Positions 24,462 through 24,929 of a stretch of 24,929 nt of DNA are shown here, piece after piece. The notes under the pieces are model-generated. The model was not told the DNA's origin and did not search any database. It was given only the letters and a program-made list of their open reading frames with translations. How positions within the stretch are numbered: the first letter of the stretch is position 1; each line of letters starts with the position of its first letter. This DNA is from a virus (Duplodnaviria; Caudoviricetes). The stretch lies in IMG/VR virus record IMGVR_UViG_3300047399_000019, positions 1-24,929 of that record; one strand, given 5' to 3'. The translations under genes were made by a program, and so were the position numbers.

Positions 24462-24558
24462 TTTCTCATCGTTCCTTGGTTCGCTGTCGTTCGCTTGCAT
24501 GACCTTCGCGGTCGGCGTGGGCGCTGGCTACTGGCTGCGCAGCAAGAAGCAGTTCTGA
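24445..24558 (+). CDS. 37-aa single-TM microprotein (not in ORF track)
   Basis: AAAGGA at 24431-24436, ATG 24445, MYILGDFSSFLGSLSFACMTFAVGVGAGYWLRSKKQF, TGA 24556-24558 just before the terminator. Confidence 0.75.
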   Translation: MYILGDFSSFLGSLSFACMTFAVGVGAGYWLRSKKQF

Positions 24559-24582
24559 CCAGCGCAACAGCGACACCAAACG

Positions 24583-24613
24583 AAAACCCCCCGGCTTATG
24601 ACCGGGGGGTTTT
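24583..24613. terminator. Bidirectional intrinsic terminator between convergent arms
   Basis: AAAACCCCCCGG - CTTATGA - CCGGGGGGTTTT perfect 12-bp inverted repeat with A/T tracts on both sides. Confidence 0.93.
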
Positions 24614-24615
24614 GT

Positions 24616-24822
24616 TCATTGTCCTACGCGGTACTTCGTTTCGTAGGCTTCGATGTCGCGCAACAGGTAGACCACTCGACTCTTGGCGCCCTTGCCCAGT
24701 TTGAGGTAGGGCGGGCCTTCGCCTGTCATGCGCCATCGGCTGACCGTGGATCTGGTGACGCACCAGCGGTCGGCCAGTTCATCAGAAGTGAGCGTCTGGC
24801 GCGGCATCTTCTGCTGCGGCAT
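24616..24822 (-). CDS. Excisionase/AlpA-like winged HTH DNA-binding protein
   Basis: AGGAGG RBS on the minus strand. LTSDELADRW.V...TV.RWR..G.GPPY.KLG....RV.Y...DIE.Y. Confidence 0.88.
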   Translation of the reverse strand: MPQQKMPRQTLTSDELADRWCVTRSTVSRWRMTGEGPPYLKLGKGAKSRVVYLLRDIEAYETKYRVGQ

Positions 24823-24929
24823 CGGTCACCTCCTGTTCTGGCTGGAACTGTGGGGTTGGCTCCGCCTGCGCCTGCTGCGTCGCGGCTTCCGCCTCGACCA
24901 GATCGGCCCGCCGGGTACGCCTGCCCATA
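24782..24929 (-). CDS. Probable 3' end of an upstream gene with an acidic tail (recombinase/SSB-like tail; partial)
   Basis: Open from the window edge: MGRRTRRADLVEAEAATQQAQAEPTPQFQPEQEVTDAAAEDAAPDAHF-stop (24782-24784); overlaps the HTH start. Confidence 0.55.
   Translation of the reverse strand, partial: MGRRTRRADLVEAEAATQQAQAEPTPQFQPEQEVTDAAAEDAAPDAHF

Noticed and set aside
24495-24704. 69-aa plus-strand ORF
   Set aside because: It crosses the terminator and overlaps both the better-supported 37-aa ORF and the HTH gene.
1-24929. Stop-codon reassignment
   Set aside because: Genes tile densely under the standard code, with TGA, TAA and TAG all acting as stops.

Overview
This window is the virion-morphogenesis arm of a short-tailed dsDNA phage, with gene order and capsid/cement proteins resembling Bordetella phage BPP-1 and T7-like podoviruses. 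The + strand carries the end of the scaffold gene, major capsid, cement protein, a small AT-hook protein, a terminator, tail adaptor, tail nozzle, three internal (ejected) virion proteins, two tail fibres and a cluster of small membrane/lysis-type genes. A bidirectional terminator follows, facing a convergent HTH gene and the acidic tail of a truncated gene. The most notable element is a ~3,700-aa ejection protein built as a polyvalent effector carrier. Between its N-terminal region and a HExxH zincin domain it stacks an ADP-ribosyltransferase, an OGG1/EndoIII-like HhH domain with the Lys/Asp pair present, a GNAT-like domain and an unnamed EEVQSDW domain, with [FL]-x-Q-A motifs at cassette borders. 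Also notable are a histidine-free M23-fold domain in the second ejection protein, no recognisable active peptidoglycan hydrolase, a u-spanin-like lipoprotein, an unlisted 37-aa membrane ORF, and nested domain insertions in tail proteins. All family calls come from reading motifs by eye; no searches were run.
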